Assembly: GCF_001194135.2 (NCBI RefSeq)
Contig: NC_068982.1
Location: 70,824,340 to 70,860,270 of the forward strand
Direction: 5' to 3'
DNA from: Octopus bimaculoides
Lineage: Eukaryota
DNA: 35,931 nt
Positions 1 to 8,461 of this stretch are shown here, piece by piece (within the stretch, counting starts at the first letter, position 1; each line of letters opens with the position of its first letter). The notes beneath the pieces were generated by a model, which was not told the DNA's origin, searched no databases, and saw only the letters and a program-made list of their open reading frames with translations. Both the position numbers and the translations under genes were made by a program.

Positions 1-340
1 AAGTGGCAAAGCGAGTGAGAGGAAGTAAGAGAGACAGTGAGAGAGAAAGGGAGAGTGAAAGAGACAGTGAGTAGTGACGGCGTTCGTTTTGTTTTTAAAT
101 GTTTCAGAGAGGACGTAAGAGAGAAAGAGAGAGAGAGAGAGAGAGAGTGAAGGAGACAGTGAGTGACGGCGTTCATCGCAAGAGAAGCAGATACATAGAT
201 ACATATACACATTGTTAAATCAAAAGCGGGAGAGAAGAGGGACACAAAGGAAGTGAAAGAGAAAGGGAGAAACTGAGAGAGACAGGAGGAGATACATAAA
301 TCGAAAGAAATATTCGTACATAGATACATACACACAACAA
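1..340. repeat. GA-rich repeat with two copies of GAGACAGTGAGT(AGT)GACGGCGTTC
   Basis: Copies near 61 and 154 within (GA)n-like sequence; probably part of an interspersed repeat. Confidence 0.45.
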
Positions 341-391
341 GCATTGGATGTCTATTTCCTTTTTCTTTAGCACACGAGTATAAGATTAACG

Positions 392-751
392 CACAAATGG
401 CTGAGTACTCCACAGACATGCATAACAACCCATTACCTACCAGTGATCTCATATGAGATCACTTAACAATTACAAATTTCGTAATTATCTGTCAATATTT
501 ACACATATCAAACCTTTTTGCTATATCTACTTGGTATATTTCTCTGATATTCAAATGATGTTTGCTAATTTTTCGCCCATGATCATTCCAGCGTGTTTCT
601 AAGGCTGTTTTATGCTAGAAATCAAAGTTTCATTAAAAAAAATTCCAGTTAATAGAATTATGGGTGTTAATGGATTAACGTAGTTCTCAGGGAGATTCAG
701 CTTCACATAGAATATGACAAAGCTGGCCCCTCTGAATTACAGCTACAACTC
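392..751 (-). mobile_element. tRNA-type SINE family C body fragment, split by a MITE
   Basis: aaatggctgagtactccacagac (left) and ttaacgtagttctcagggagattcagc...gaattacagctacaactc (right) are, as recalled, contiguous in this octopus SINE family. Confidence 0.6.
427..678. mobile_element. TTAA-type (piggyBac-like) MITE nested in the SINE
   Basis: Ends aacccatta... and ...taatggattaa form a short inverted repeat; TTAA at 675-678. Confidence 0.5.
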
Positions 752-1190
752 GAGACATACATACTTCCTCCCCTTGTTTCTCCCTCTACCACTCTCTCTC
801 TCTTCCTTACCCCTCCCTGGTCACTTGCTTCCGGTCACTAATCCTTTTCTTCCTCGGCTATCGCCGAGCAAACACGCGAACTTACTTCGTCCCGCTTTCA
901 GTTCTAGCCTCACCGCGTTCATATTCACATAATTTTTCACGTCTGGCCGCATAGCCTTTTCCGTTTGTTTTCCTGTCTTGTTTTCTTTTCCGTTTGTTTT
1001 CCTATCTTGTTTTCTTTTCCGTTTGTTTTCCTATCTTGTTTTTTGTCCGCCACTACATTCCTCCATGGCACAGGTTTAATTTGTGTATACAAATTTAATT
1101 TGCGGTCCATGGGAAGAGCCATTTTAACGATGCGTCCTGCCCTACTCTTCGAAACGNNNNNNNNNNNNNCGAAACGCCGGTGTTAAAATG
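750..1190 (+). promoter_or_regulatory. CpG-rich candidate promoter / non-coding first exon of the CEP112-like gene
   Basis: Local CpG cluster in a CpG-poor window, pyrimidine-rich tract, ETS-type motif CTTCCGG at 828-834, GC hairpin CTCGGC-TATC-GCCGAG at 853-868. Lies 2.4 kb upstream of an exon that needs an upstream donor. TSS not determinable. Confidence 0.45.
957..1043. repeat. 29-bp tandem repeat, 3 copies
   Basis: TTTTCCGTTTGTTTTCCTRTCTTGTTTTC at 957, 986 and 1015. Confidence 0.95.
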
Positions 1191-2177
1191 GGGGTAGCTG
1201 ATAAAGGAAAATGTTCTCTATGTGGCCTGTGTGTTTTCTGTACTCTGGTTATTATTATTTTCTTGTCTACGTTTTGTTTGCAATGTCCTGTACCCAGATA
1301 TGCACCTATATATACAGGTAGACGTAGGTATGCACATACCTGTACGTATATATGCATATACTCATTTATTATTTGTTTATATATATATATATATGAGAGA
1401 GAGGAGTGAGTGGTGACCCAAAGGGAGATGGTGTTTGTTTTGTGTTTTCAACCACAGCAAATATTGGATATCGTATCCTGAACAAAAACTGTCTAATACA
1501 TTCATATATGTTTTTCAATTGAAACACTGAATCATTTTGGACATTTAGCAAGAGAAAAACTGAGAGAAAGAGAGAGAGTGAGATAGAAAGAGCTTGAAGA
1601 CACAACTAAAACAATGCCAGTCGGTGGCAAAGCAACAGGTAGGGAGAGAGAGAGGTGAAGACTTTGTTGTGGACTATCTGACACTTACTGTTTGTCTGCC
1701 TCTCTCTCTGGGTGTGTTTGTGTGTGCATATATGTGTATGTTTATAAGTATATGATTGTGCGTGTTTCCGTTTTGAATTCCTTTCTGCGACTGACCTTAA
1801 ACTGCTATTAAAGGCCCAACCACACAAACACACGCGCACACATTTCTTTTAACCCATTTCAACTGCAGCCATACACAAAAAAAAACAAAAAAAACCGTGG
1901 TATTTTGCTCCAAAATTTAAATTCTGAATTTGCTTTCATTATAAAAAAACATCATTTGGCTTCGGAATACAACGTTGTCTTTTCCTTTCTATATTTTTTA
2001 AGTTAGAATTTCTCGCTCATTTGTTAACGTGTCATCATTATACATTCACATTACACCCTTAAGATCGGGGAACCAGTTAGGGGCCTGCTAGATCTCTCTC
2101 GGCATACCAGTAAACCACAGCCGCTGTTATGTGTAGGACAGATCCATCTGCAGCCAAGCCCATAATGATGATTAACT

Positions 2178-2532
2178 CACTGCCCTCCTCTAATTGGGCT
2201 GGCAAGGCAGTTTTCCTTTGTCTGGTGGACGAGGCTGAAAGGAATGTGGACAGAAACTTTCTTCTTTGGTAAAGCCCTCATCGACTTTTTCAAGTCTCAC
2301 TTGAAAAGGAAAGTGAGGGTGGAGAGGGAGGCGCTGTCCTCGAGTGAATTTATGAAAAGGTGGGTGGAAGTTGGTGCAAATGGCAAGAGCGTATGATACC
2401 ACTCTCAGTGTAGACCTGTGAGTCGGAAGAAAGAAGTTGGAGTGGGCTCTCATCCTTGGTATTCGGGGTGATCACGGAGGGTCCTCATGTATCAGGGGGA
2501 ACCCATCACATTCGCTTTTTTTTTTTACCCCT
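2178..2532 (+). mobile_element. L1/Tx1-type LINE 3' fragment (ORF2 C-terminus plus 3' UTR)
   Basis: Translates VWWTRLKGMWTETFFFGKALIDFFKSHLKRKVRVEREALSSSEFMKRWVEV, resembling the C-termini of L1/Tx1 ORF2 as recalled; runs into an N gap. Confidence 0.55.
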
Positions 2533-2835
2533 NNNNNNNNNNNNNNNNNNNNNNNNNNNNNNNNNNNNNNNNNNNNNNNNNNNNNNNNNNNNNNNNNNNN
2601 NNNNNNNNNNNNNNNNNNNNNNNNNNNNNNNNNNNNNNNNNNNNNNNNNNNNNNNNNNNNNNNNNNNNNNNNNNNNNNNNNNNNNNNNNNNNNNNNNNNN
2701 NNNNNNNNNNNNNNNNNNNNNNNNNNNNNNNNNNNNNNNNNNNNNNNNNNNNNNNNNNNNNNNNNNCCCCCCCCCCCACACACACTTTATGTCTGTCTTT
2801 GTATTGTCTCCCTCATCCTTTGCTCTGGTGGCAAA

Positions 2836-3225
2836 TTCTTTTCTCTGCTTCAGTCATTTAACTGTGGCCATGCTGGAAAACTGCCTTTAGTTGAACAAAT
2901 CGACTCCAGGATTTATTCTTTGTAAGCCTAGTACTTATTCTATCAGTCACTTTTACCGAACTACTAAGTTACAGGGACATAGACACACCAACATCGGTTG
3001 TCAAGCGATGGTGGAGAGACAAACACATATACACAAACATATACACACACATATATATATACAACAGGCTTCTTTCAATTTCCATCTACCACATCCACTC
3101 ACAAGGCTTTGGTTGGCCCGCGGCTATAGTAGAAGACATTTGCCCAAGGTGACACACGATGGGACTGAACCCAGGACCATGTCATTGGTAAGCAAGCTAC
3201 TTACCACACAACCACTCCTGCGCCT
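2836..3225 (-). mobile_element. tRNA-type SINE family A, near full length
   Basis: Head reads (rc) aggcgcaggagtggttgtgtggtaag...gggttcagtccc (A/B-box-like); internal (TG)n; tail ...gactgaagcagagaaaagaa. Confidence 0.85.
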
Positions 3226-3273
3226 GGTTACCCAGCCATTCATTATTATTATTTTTTTTTTTTTCCTCCTCTT

Positions 3274-3475
3274 CATCTTTTGATATCAACCTGCGTGACT
3301 CTGCCCCTACTTCCATGACATAAATTTCCCACTTTAAAGTGATGTAAATGAAAATCTTCCAGCAAAATTCCATGTTAATTTATGCTCCAAATATCAGTTT
3401 AATAACAGAGTTATTTTAGTAAATTCTAAACAAAAGCAATGTATTCCGACAGAAATATGGTAATGAAAAGGTTAA
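3274..3475. mobile_element. TTAA-ended MITE (same family as 7298 and 23609)
   Basis: Shares aaagtga..taaa, gttattttagtaaattct and cagaaatatggtaa..aaaaggttaa with 23609-23842; ends in TTAA. Confidence 0.6.
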
Positions 3476-3611
3476 CATGTATTGAAGAATCTTGTCTTTT
3501 CTTTCTTATAAAACAAAAAGTAAAAAGCGACAAAAAATATATATTAAGAACATTTAAAATCAGTTGCTGCTTGTTAATGGTGTTGGCATTCTTTTTGATT
3601 AATTCTTTTAG

Positions 3612-3657
3612 CGTGTCTTGCTTTGAAGAATATCATTACATAGATCTATCATTAATT
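3612..3657 (+). other. CEP112: 5' portion (probable UTR) of the ATG-containing exon
   Basis: 46 nt between AG 3610-3611 and ATG 3658, implying an upstream exon. Confidence 0.6.
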
Positions 3658-3757
3658 ATGGATCACCATGAACCTTTGCATACAAGAATGGATGAAGAAT
3701 TTGAAAAATACTTGACTGAAATCAAACCATATGTGATGAACCTCCACAATAAAACTT
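3658..3757 (+). CDS. CEP112: CEP112-like coding exon 1 (MDHHEPLHTRMDEEFEKYLTEIKPYVMNLHNKT, ends phase 1)
   Basis: Acceptor ttctttttag at 3602-3611, ATG at 3658, donor GTGAGT at 3758. MDEEFEKYLTEIKPYVMNLHNKT resembles vertebrate CEP112 LDAEFDHFVVDMKPFVLKLPHRT (DUF4485 start, recalled). The start codon is uncertain: the frame is open back to the acceptor, and a second ATG lies at 3688. Confidence 0.85.
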
Positions 3758-3876
3758 GTGAGTAAATTTTTATCTGTAGATTTACACATAAAATTGTGTT
3801 TGTTGCATTTCTTCTAAAGAAACTTGAGTTTTAATGTTTGAGCTCATTTACTTATAAATGTATGTGTATGTATATA

Positions 3877-3920
<44 letters not shown>

Positions 3921-3921
<1 letters not shown>

Positions 3922-4040
3922 AAACAAGCAACAAGGATATCCAGAGGTAGTATAGTACGATCACTTCATGCAACTCCATTTAATTGAACAATGTAATCAT
4001 TACATCAATTTAAAATGCAGAGCAATCCTCAGCTGCACAA
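3921..4040 (-). mobile_element. Penelope-like terminal-repeat fragment carrying a decayed hammerhead motif
   Basis: Shares aagcaacaaggatatccagagg with 5056; (AT)n flank; contains the hammerhead core on the minus strand. Confidence 0.55.
3950..4038 (-). ncRNA. Decayed minimal type I hammerhead ribozyme motif
   Basis: Minus strand: GTGCAG CTGAGGA TTGC [loop] GCAT GAAG TGATCGT A CTATAC. A15.1 and C15.2 are mutated, so probably inactive. Confidence 0.55.
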
Positions 4041-4187
4041 AGACATAGAATTTAATTAAATTAGAACAGAATTAGAACACATAGAATTTACTTCTATGCT
4101 GAAGTGAAGACAGCATGTTCTTTGTCTATCTCCTTAACTTCTTGGAGATTTTAGGTATAATTATACTAATGTGTCTATCTGTTGGTG

Positions 4188-4557
4188 TACTGCCCTCGAG
4201 GAATTTTTAAGTCAAATGTATCAATGCCAGTACTTATTTTATTAAAGCTTGTTACTTATTTTATTGTTTTTTTTTTGCTGAACTGCTAAGTTGCAGGGAT
4301 GTAAGCATACCAGCACTGGTTGTCAAGTGGTGGTGTGGGACAGACACAGACCCAAAAACACACACACACACACACACATACACACATATACATGTATACA
4401 ATTGGCTTCTTTCAGTTTCTGTCTACCAAATCCACTTGCAAGGCTTTGGTCAGCCTAAGGCTATAGTAGAAGATACTTGCGCAAGGTGTCACACAATGGA
4501 ACTGAACTCTGAACCATGTAGTTGGGAATCAAGCTTCTTACCATATAACCATGTCTG
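4188..4557 (-). mobile_element. SINE family A
   Basis: Homologous to 2836-3225, same orientation. Confidence 0.85.
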
Positions 4558-4651
4558 TTATGTATGTATGTATATATATATATATATATATAAGAAATAA
4601 TTCGTATTGCTGTGCCTAAGCAAAATTATAAAAATATATTTATATATATAT

Positions 4652-5022
4652 AGGTGCAGCTGTCTGATAATCTGATAAGAAGTTTGTTTCTCAACCACAT
4701 GGTTCAATCTCACTACATGGCACCTTGGGATAGTGTTTTCTACCATAGCTTTGGGCTGACCAAAGTGAATTTGGTAGAAAGAATCTCATCATATATATTT
4801 ATATATATCTGTGTGTGTGTTTATGTCTTTGTGTCTCTGTTTGTTCCCCACCTCCTTTTGACAACCGGTTCTGGTGTGTTTATGTTCCTGTGACTTGATG
4901 TTTCAGCAAAAGAAACTGATAGAATAATTACTAGAGTTGATTCATTCAACTGAAATTCTTTAAGGCAGTGCTCCAGCATGACCACAGTGTCCTGACTGAA
5001 ACAAGTGAACAGATAAAAAGAA
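4652..5022 (+). mobile_element. SINE family A
   Basis: aggtgcag head through ...gactgaaacaagtgaacagataaaaag tail. Confidence 0.85.
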
Positions 5023-5055
5023 ATATATATATATATATATATTTATTTATATATT

Positions 5056-5119
5056 AAAATAAGCAACAAGGATATCCAGAGGAAAAGCAGTACCTCTGGA
5101 TATCCTCGTTGCTTATTTT
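5056..5119. repeat. 27-bp-arm inverted repeat (Penelope-like tail fold-back)
   Basis: 5056-5082 and 5093-5119 are reverse complements with 1 mismatch; 10-nt spacer AAAAGCAGTA. Confidence 0.92.
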
Positions 5120-5358
5120 GATTTTAATCACCTTAATTTGAAATTGTATGGATAATACCATACTAAATTCTGGTGCCTAAACTTAAGTACCATATTCACC
5201 TGAATCTATATATTTATATACATATATAAAAAATTAGTAGTATTGCTATGCCTAAGCGAAGTTATAAAATATATTTATACTGAACCCTAAACCAAACCAT
5301 GTAGTTGGGAATCAAGTTTCTTAACACAAAGCCACATCTGTTATATATATATATATAT

Positions 5359-5606
5359 ATTTGAAGAAAAGCAACAAAAATGTATTAGGTTATAAGCAGT
5401 ACATACGTTTCGTACAAACTCCATTTATTTATGTAGTGAGAACACCACATAAGATGTGCAATGAACATGTACTCCTCAGCTGCATAATAGAAATTCATTT
5501 TCATTAACACATCTTATGTGGTGTTCTCACTACATAAATAAATGAAGTTTGTACGAAACGTACGTACTGCTATAACCTAATACATTTTTGTTGCTTTTCT
5601 TCAAAT
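5359..5606. repeat. ~100-bp-arm inverted repeat (Penelope-like terminal-repeat fold-back)
   Basis: 5359-5458 and 5508-5606 are reverse complements with 2 substitutions and a 1-nt indel; 49-nt spacer. Confidence 0.95.
5396..5483 (-). ncRNA. Minimal type I hammerhead ribozyme motif with intact core
   Basis: Minus strand: stem I GCAG/CTGC, CTGAGGA, stem II GTACA/TGTAC, GAAA, stem III ACGT/ATGT (one G-U), cleavage triplet GUA. Predicted cut between 5400 and 5399. Confidence 0.75.
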
Positions 5607-5774
5607 TTTATTCACCAAATCTCTTGATTTTGTTTTTGGTTTTTACCCTACCAAATTCTGGTGCCACAAACATTTTAAGTACCACATTTAATCTTTTGAT
5701 TAAATCTATATTATTATTCTGTTATATATATATATATATAACATTATTAGTATTGCTGTTCCTAAGCAAAAGTT

Positions 5775-5908
5775 GTTGGCATTAGAAAGTACATTCAGCT
5801 GTAGAAACCATGCCAAATCAGATTGGAACCTGGTACAGCTCTCCAGCTTACCAGTTTTCAGTGAAACCATCCAACCCATGCCAGACATTAAATGAAGATG
5901 ATGATGGT
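5775..5908 (+). mobile_element. RTE-LINE-derived 3' tail repeat (family D) ending in (GAT)n
   Basis: ggcattagaaag..cattcagctgtagaaacc...ccatccaacccatgccagacattaaatgaagatgatgatg. Confidence 0.7.
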
Positions 5909-5958
5909 GAAAACAACTTGTAATTGGTATTATTATGCCTAAGCAAAATTATAATATA

Positions 5959-5992
<34 letters not shown>

Positions 5993-6897
5993 NNNNNNNN
6001 NNNNNNNNNNNNNNNNNNNNNNNNNNNNNNNNNNNNNNNNNNNNNNNNNNNNNNNNNNNNNNNNNNNNNNNNNNNNNNNNNNNNNNNNNNNNNNNNNNNN
6101 NNNNNNNNNNNNNNNNNNNNNNNNNNNNNNNNNNNNNNNNNNNNNNNNNNNNNNNNNNNNNNNNNNNNNNNNNNNNNNNNNNNNNNNNNNNNNNNNNNNN
6201 NNNNNNNNNNNNNNNNNNNNNNNNNNNNNNNNNNNNNNNNNNNNNNNNNNNNNNNNNNNNNNNNNNNNNNNNNNNNNNNNNNNNNNNNNNNNNNNNNNNN
6301 NNNNNNNNNNNNNNNNNNNNNNNNNNNNNNNNNNNNNNNNNNNNNNNNNNNNNNNNNNNNNNNNNNNNNNNNNNNNNNNNNNNNNNNNNNNNNNNNNNNN
6401 NNNNNNNNNNNNNNNNNNNNNNNNNNNNNNNNNNNNNNNNNNNNNNNNNNNNNNNNNNNNNNNNNNNNNNNNNNNNNNNNNNNNNNNNNNNNNNNNNNNN
6501 NNNNNNNNNNNNNNNNNNNNNNNNNNNNNNNNNNNNNNNNNNNNNNNNNNNNNNNNNNNNNNNNNNNNNNNNNNNNNNNNNNNNNNNNNNNNNNNNNNNN
6601 NNNNNNNNNNNNNNNNNNNNNNNNNNNNNNNNNNNNNNNNNNNNNNNNNNNNNNNNNNNNNNNNNNNNNNNNNNNNNNNNNNNNNNNNNNNNNNNNNNNN
6701 NNNNNNNNNNNNNNNNNNNNNNNNNNNNNNNNNNNNNNNNNNNNNNNNNNNNNNNNNNNNNNNNNNNNNNNNNNNNNNNNNNNNNNNNNNNNNNNNNNNN
6801 NNNNNNNNNNNNNNNNNNNNNNNNNNNNNNNNNNNNNNNNNNNNNNNNNNNNNNNNNNNNNNNNNNNNNNNNNNNNNNNNNNNNNNNNNNNNNNNNN
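5993..6897. other. Largest assembly gap (others: 1157-1169, 2533-2766, 14684-14854, 21083-21438, 24796-24805, 26123-26246, 28094-28212)
   Basis: N runs. Confidence 1.
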
Positions 6898-6944
6898 GAT
6901 TTGACTGAGGACTGGTGAAACCGGATGGCAACACCAGGCTCCAA

Positions 6945-6978
<34 letters not shown>

Positions 6979-7198
6979 GTAGAATAATAAAAAAAATTTT
7001 TTGGGTACAGTATAATATATTTGAAAAAATTAGTGGAGATGGCTTTTGGAGGGATAAATTTTATTTTAATGATAATATTTACAGTTACTTTAATATCCCC
7101 CAAAAACCATCTCTACTCATTTTTACAAATATATACATACACACACACATAAATGCACACACACACATGTACATATGTATGTATTTTTCTTTCTTCAG

Positions 7199-7262
7199 AT
7201 CGGAATTATGCAGCTGTATGGATTAGAAAGCTCTGTCTGCCTGTGTCTGGAATTGCATCTAG
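7199..7262 (+). CDS. CEP112: CEP112-like coding exon 2 ((Y)RNYAAVWIRKLCLPVSGIAS(R), phase 1 to 2)
   Basis: Acceptor tttttctttcttcag, donor GTATGA at 7263, 64 nt. AVWIRKLCLP matches CEP112 ALWIRKLCEP. Confidence 0.88.
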
Positions 7263-7297
7263 GTATGATATTCAGTAACAGTTCTTTAAATCTTCAT

Positions 7298-7387
7298 TTA
7301 ATCCTTTTGATACCAACTCATCTGATACTACTCCTGGTTCTATGGTACAAACTTTTTATTTTGAAGTGATTTAAATTAGAATTTCTT
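7298..7387. mobile_element. TTAA MITE, partial copy
   Basis: ttaatccttttgataccaac...cctggttctatggtacaaac; homologous to 3274 and 23609. Confidence 0.55.
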
Positions 7388-7546
7388 GTCTCAGTGATGT
7401 TCCACTTGCAGACAGGACTCTATTATAGTGGAGGTGTCTGATGACTCTACCCCACCACAACCCTTCCAGGAATAATGGTCAGAGAGGTTGGATGAATGGA
7501 TGGATGCATGTTCATTTATGTCCCAAGCATCAGCTTAATAATGATT

Positions 7547-7762
7547 TTACGGCAGCAAGCTTGTAGAATTGTTAGCATACCAGGCAAAATGCTTAGCAGC
7601 ATTTCATCCGTTTTTATGTCCTGAGTTCAAATTCCACTGAGGTCGACTTTGCCTTCCAACCATTTGGGGTTGATAAAATAAGCACCAGTTGAATACTAGA
7701 GTCAATGTAATTGATTTACCCCACCTCCTTGAAATTGCTGGCCTTGTGCCAAAATTTGAAAC
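7547..7762 (+). mobile_element. tRNA-type SINE family B
   Basis: ggcagcaagcttgtagaattgttagc head, gagttcaaattccactgagg B-box-like motif, gccttccaaccatttggggttgataaaataagcaccagt core, ccttgtgccaaaatttgaaac tail. Confidence 0.85.
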
Positions 7763-7792
7763 TTTATCTTCATTATTTTCAAAATTAATTGA

Positions 7793-8174
7793 AACAAGAG
7801 CACTCAGAGAGTGCAAACCTCTGCCAAGGCAACACCAACGTCTTCTCAACGATCAGCCGGAGATGATTTTTAAAATGAAAATACCTGAAATAAACTCAAC
7901 TGCTCTCACAAATGAGAATACTAAAAATGAATCCGACCACTCTCAAAAAAATTAAGTAAAAAAAAAAAAAAACAGGAAAAATGATCCAGAATCCTTGTCC
8001 AGTACTGGATTGATCCCCAAATCTTATCAGGTCATGCCAGTCATGAGGCTAAACATCCCTGAAATTTTCATCTGAATCCATCCAGCAGTTCTTGAGATAT
8101 CTTGTCCACAATCAAACAAACAAACAAACATGAGTGAAAACAATACCTCCACCTTCGTTAAGGTGGAAGTAATA
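7793..8174 (+). mobile_element. Helentron/HINE-like non-autonomous element
   Basis: Starts aacaagagcactcagagagtgcaaacctctgccaagg; internal (AAAC)n; terminal stem-loop TCCACCTT-CGTT-AAGGTGGA at 8148-8167 followed by gtaataa. Confidence 0.55.
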
Positions 8175-8461
8175 AAGATGGTGCTTTCCAACAGGTAGGC
8201 AACAGCACCTTTCCTTATCTAACTCTGTTCCTCTGCTATTGATTTCAAATCTCTCTAGAGCTGACTTTAACATTCTTCCTGCTGGGGGTCAGTGAAATAA
8301 GGGTTAGCACATGTACTGAAATCAATTCAGTTATTTATTTGTGCCCCACTGTTAATGGATTTTAATGTAGTGCAAATGCAAGAAAGTATTATTCATTGAA
8401 AATATGAGAAATAAAATTCTCAACTAAGTGTCATTTATATATTACATATATTACACTTATG

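Noticed and set aside
1119-1191. 10-bp inverted repeat CCATTTTAAC/GTTAAAATGG enclosing CGAAAC, suggestive of a sense-strand hammerhead
   Set aside because: There is no CUGANGA, no convincing stem II, G at the cleavage position, and an N gap inside with CGAAACG duplicated across it.
3439-3657. Upstream extension of ORF 3439-3765 (MYSDRNMV...)
   Set aside because: It starts inside a MITE and crosses the polypyrimidine tract and acceptor; only the part after 3612 is exonic.
5924-7103. Long ORFs (300+ aa) in the ORF track here and at 2437-2925, 14576-15013, 20984-21578 and 26025-26359
   Set aside because: They are composed of X residues from N gaps and microsatellite translations.
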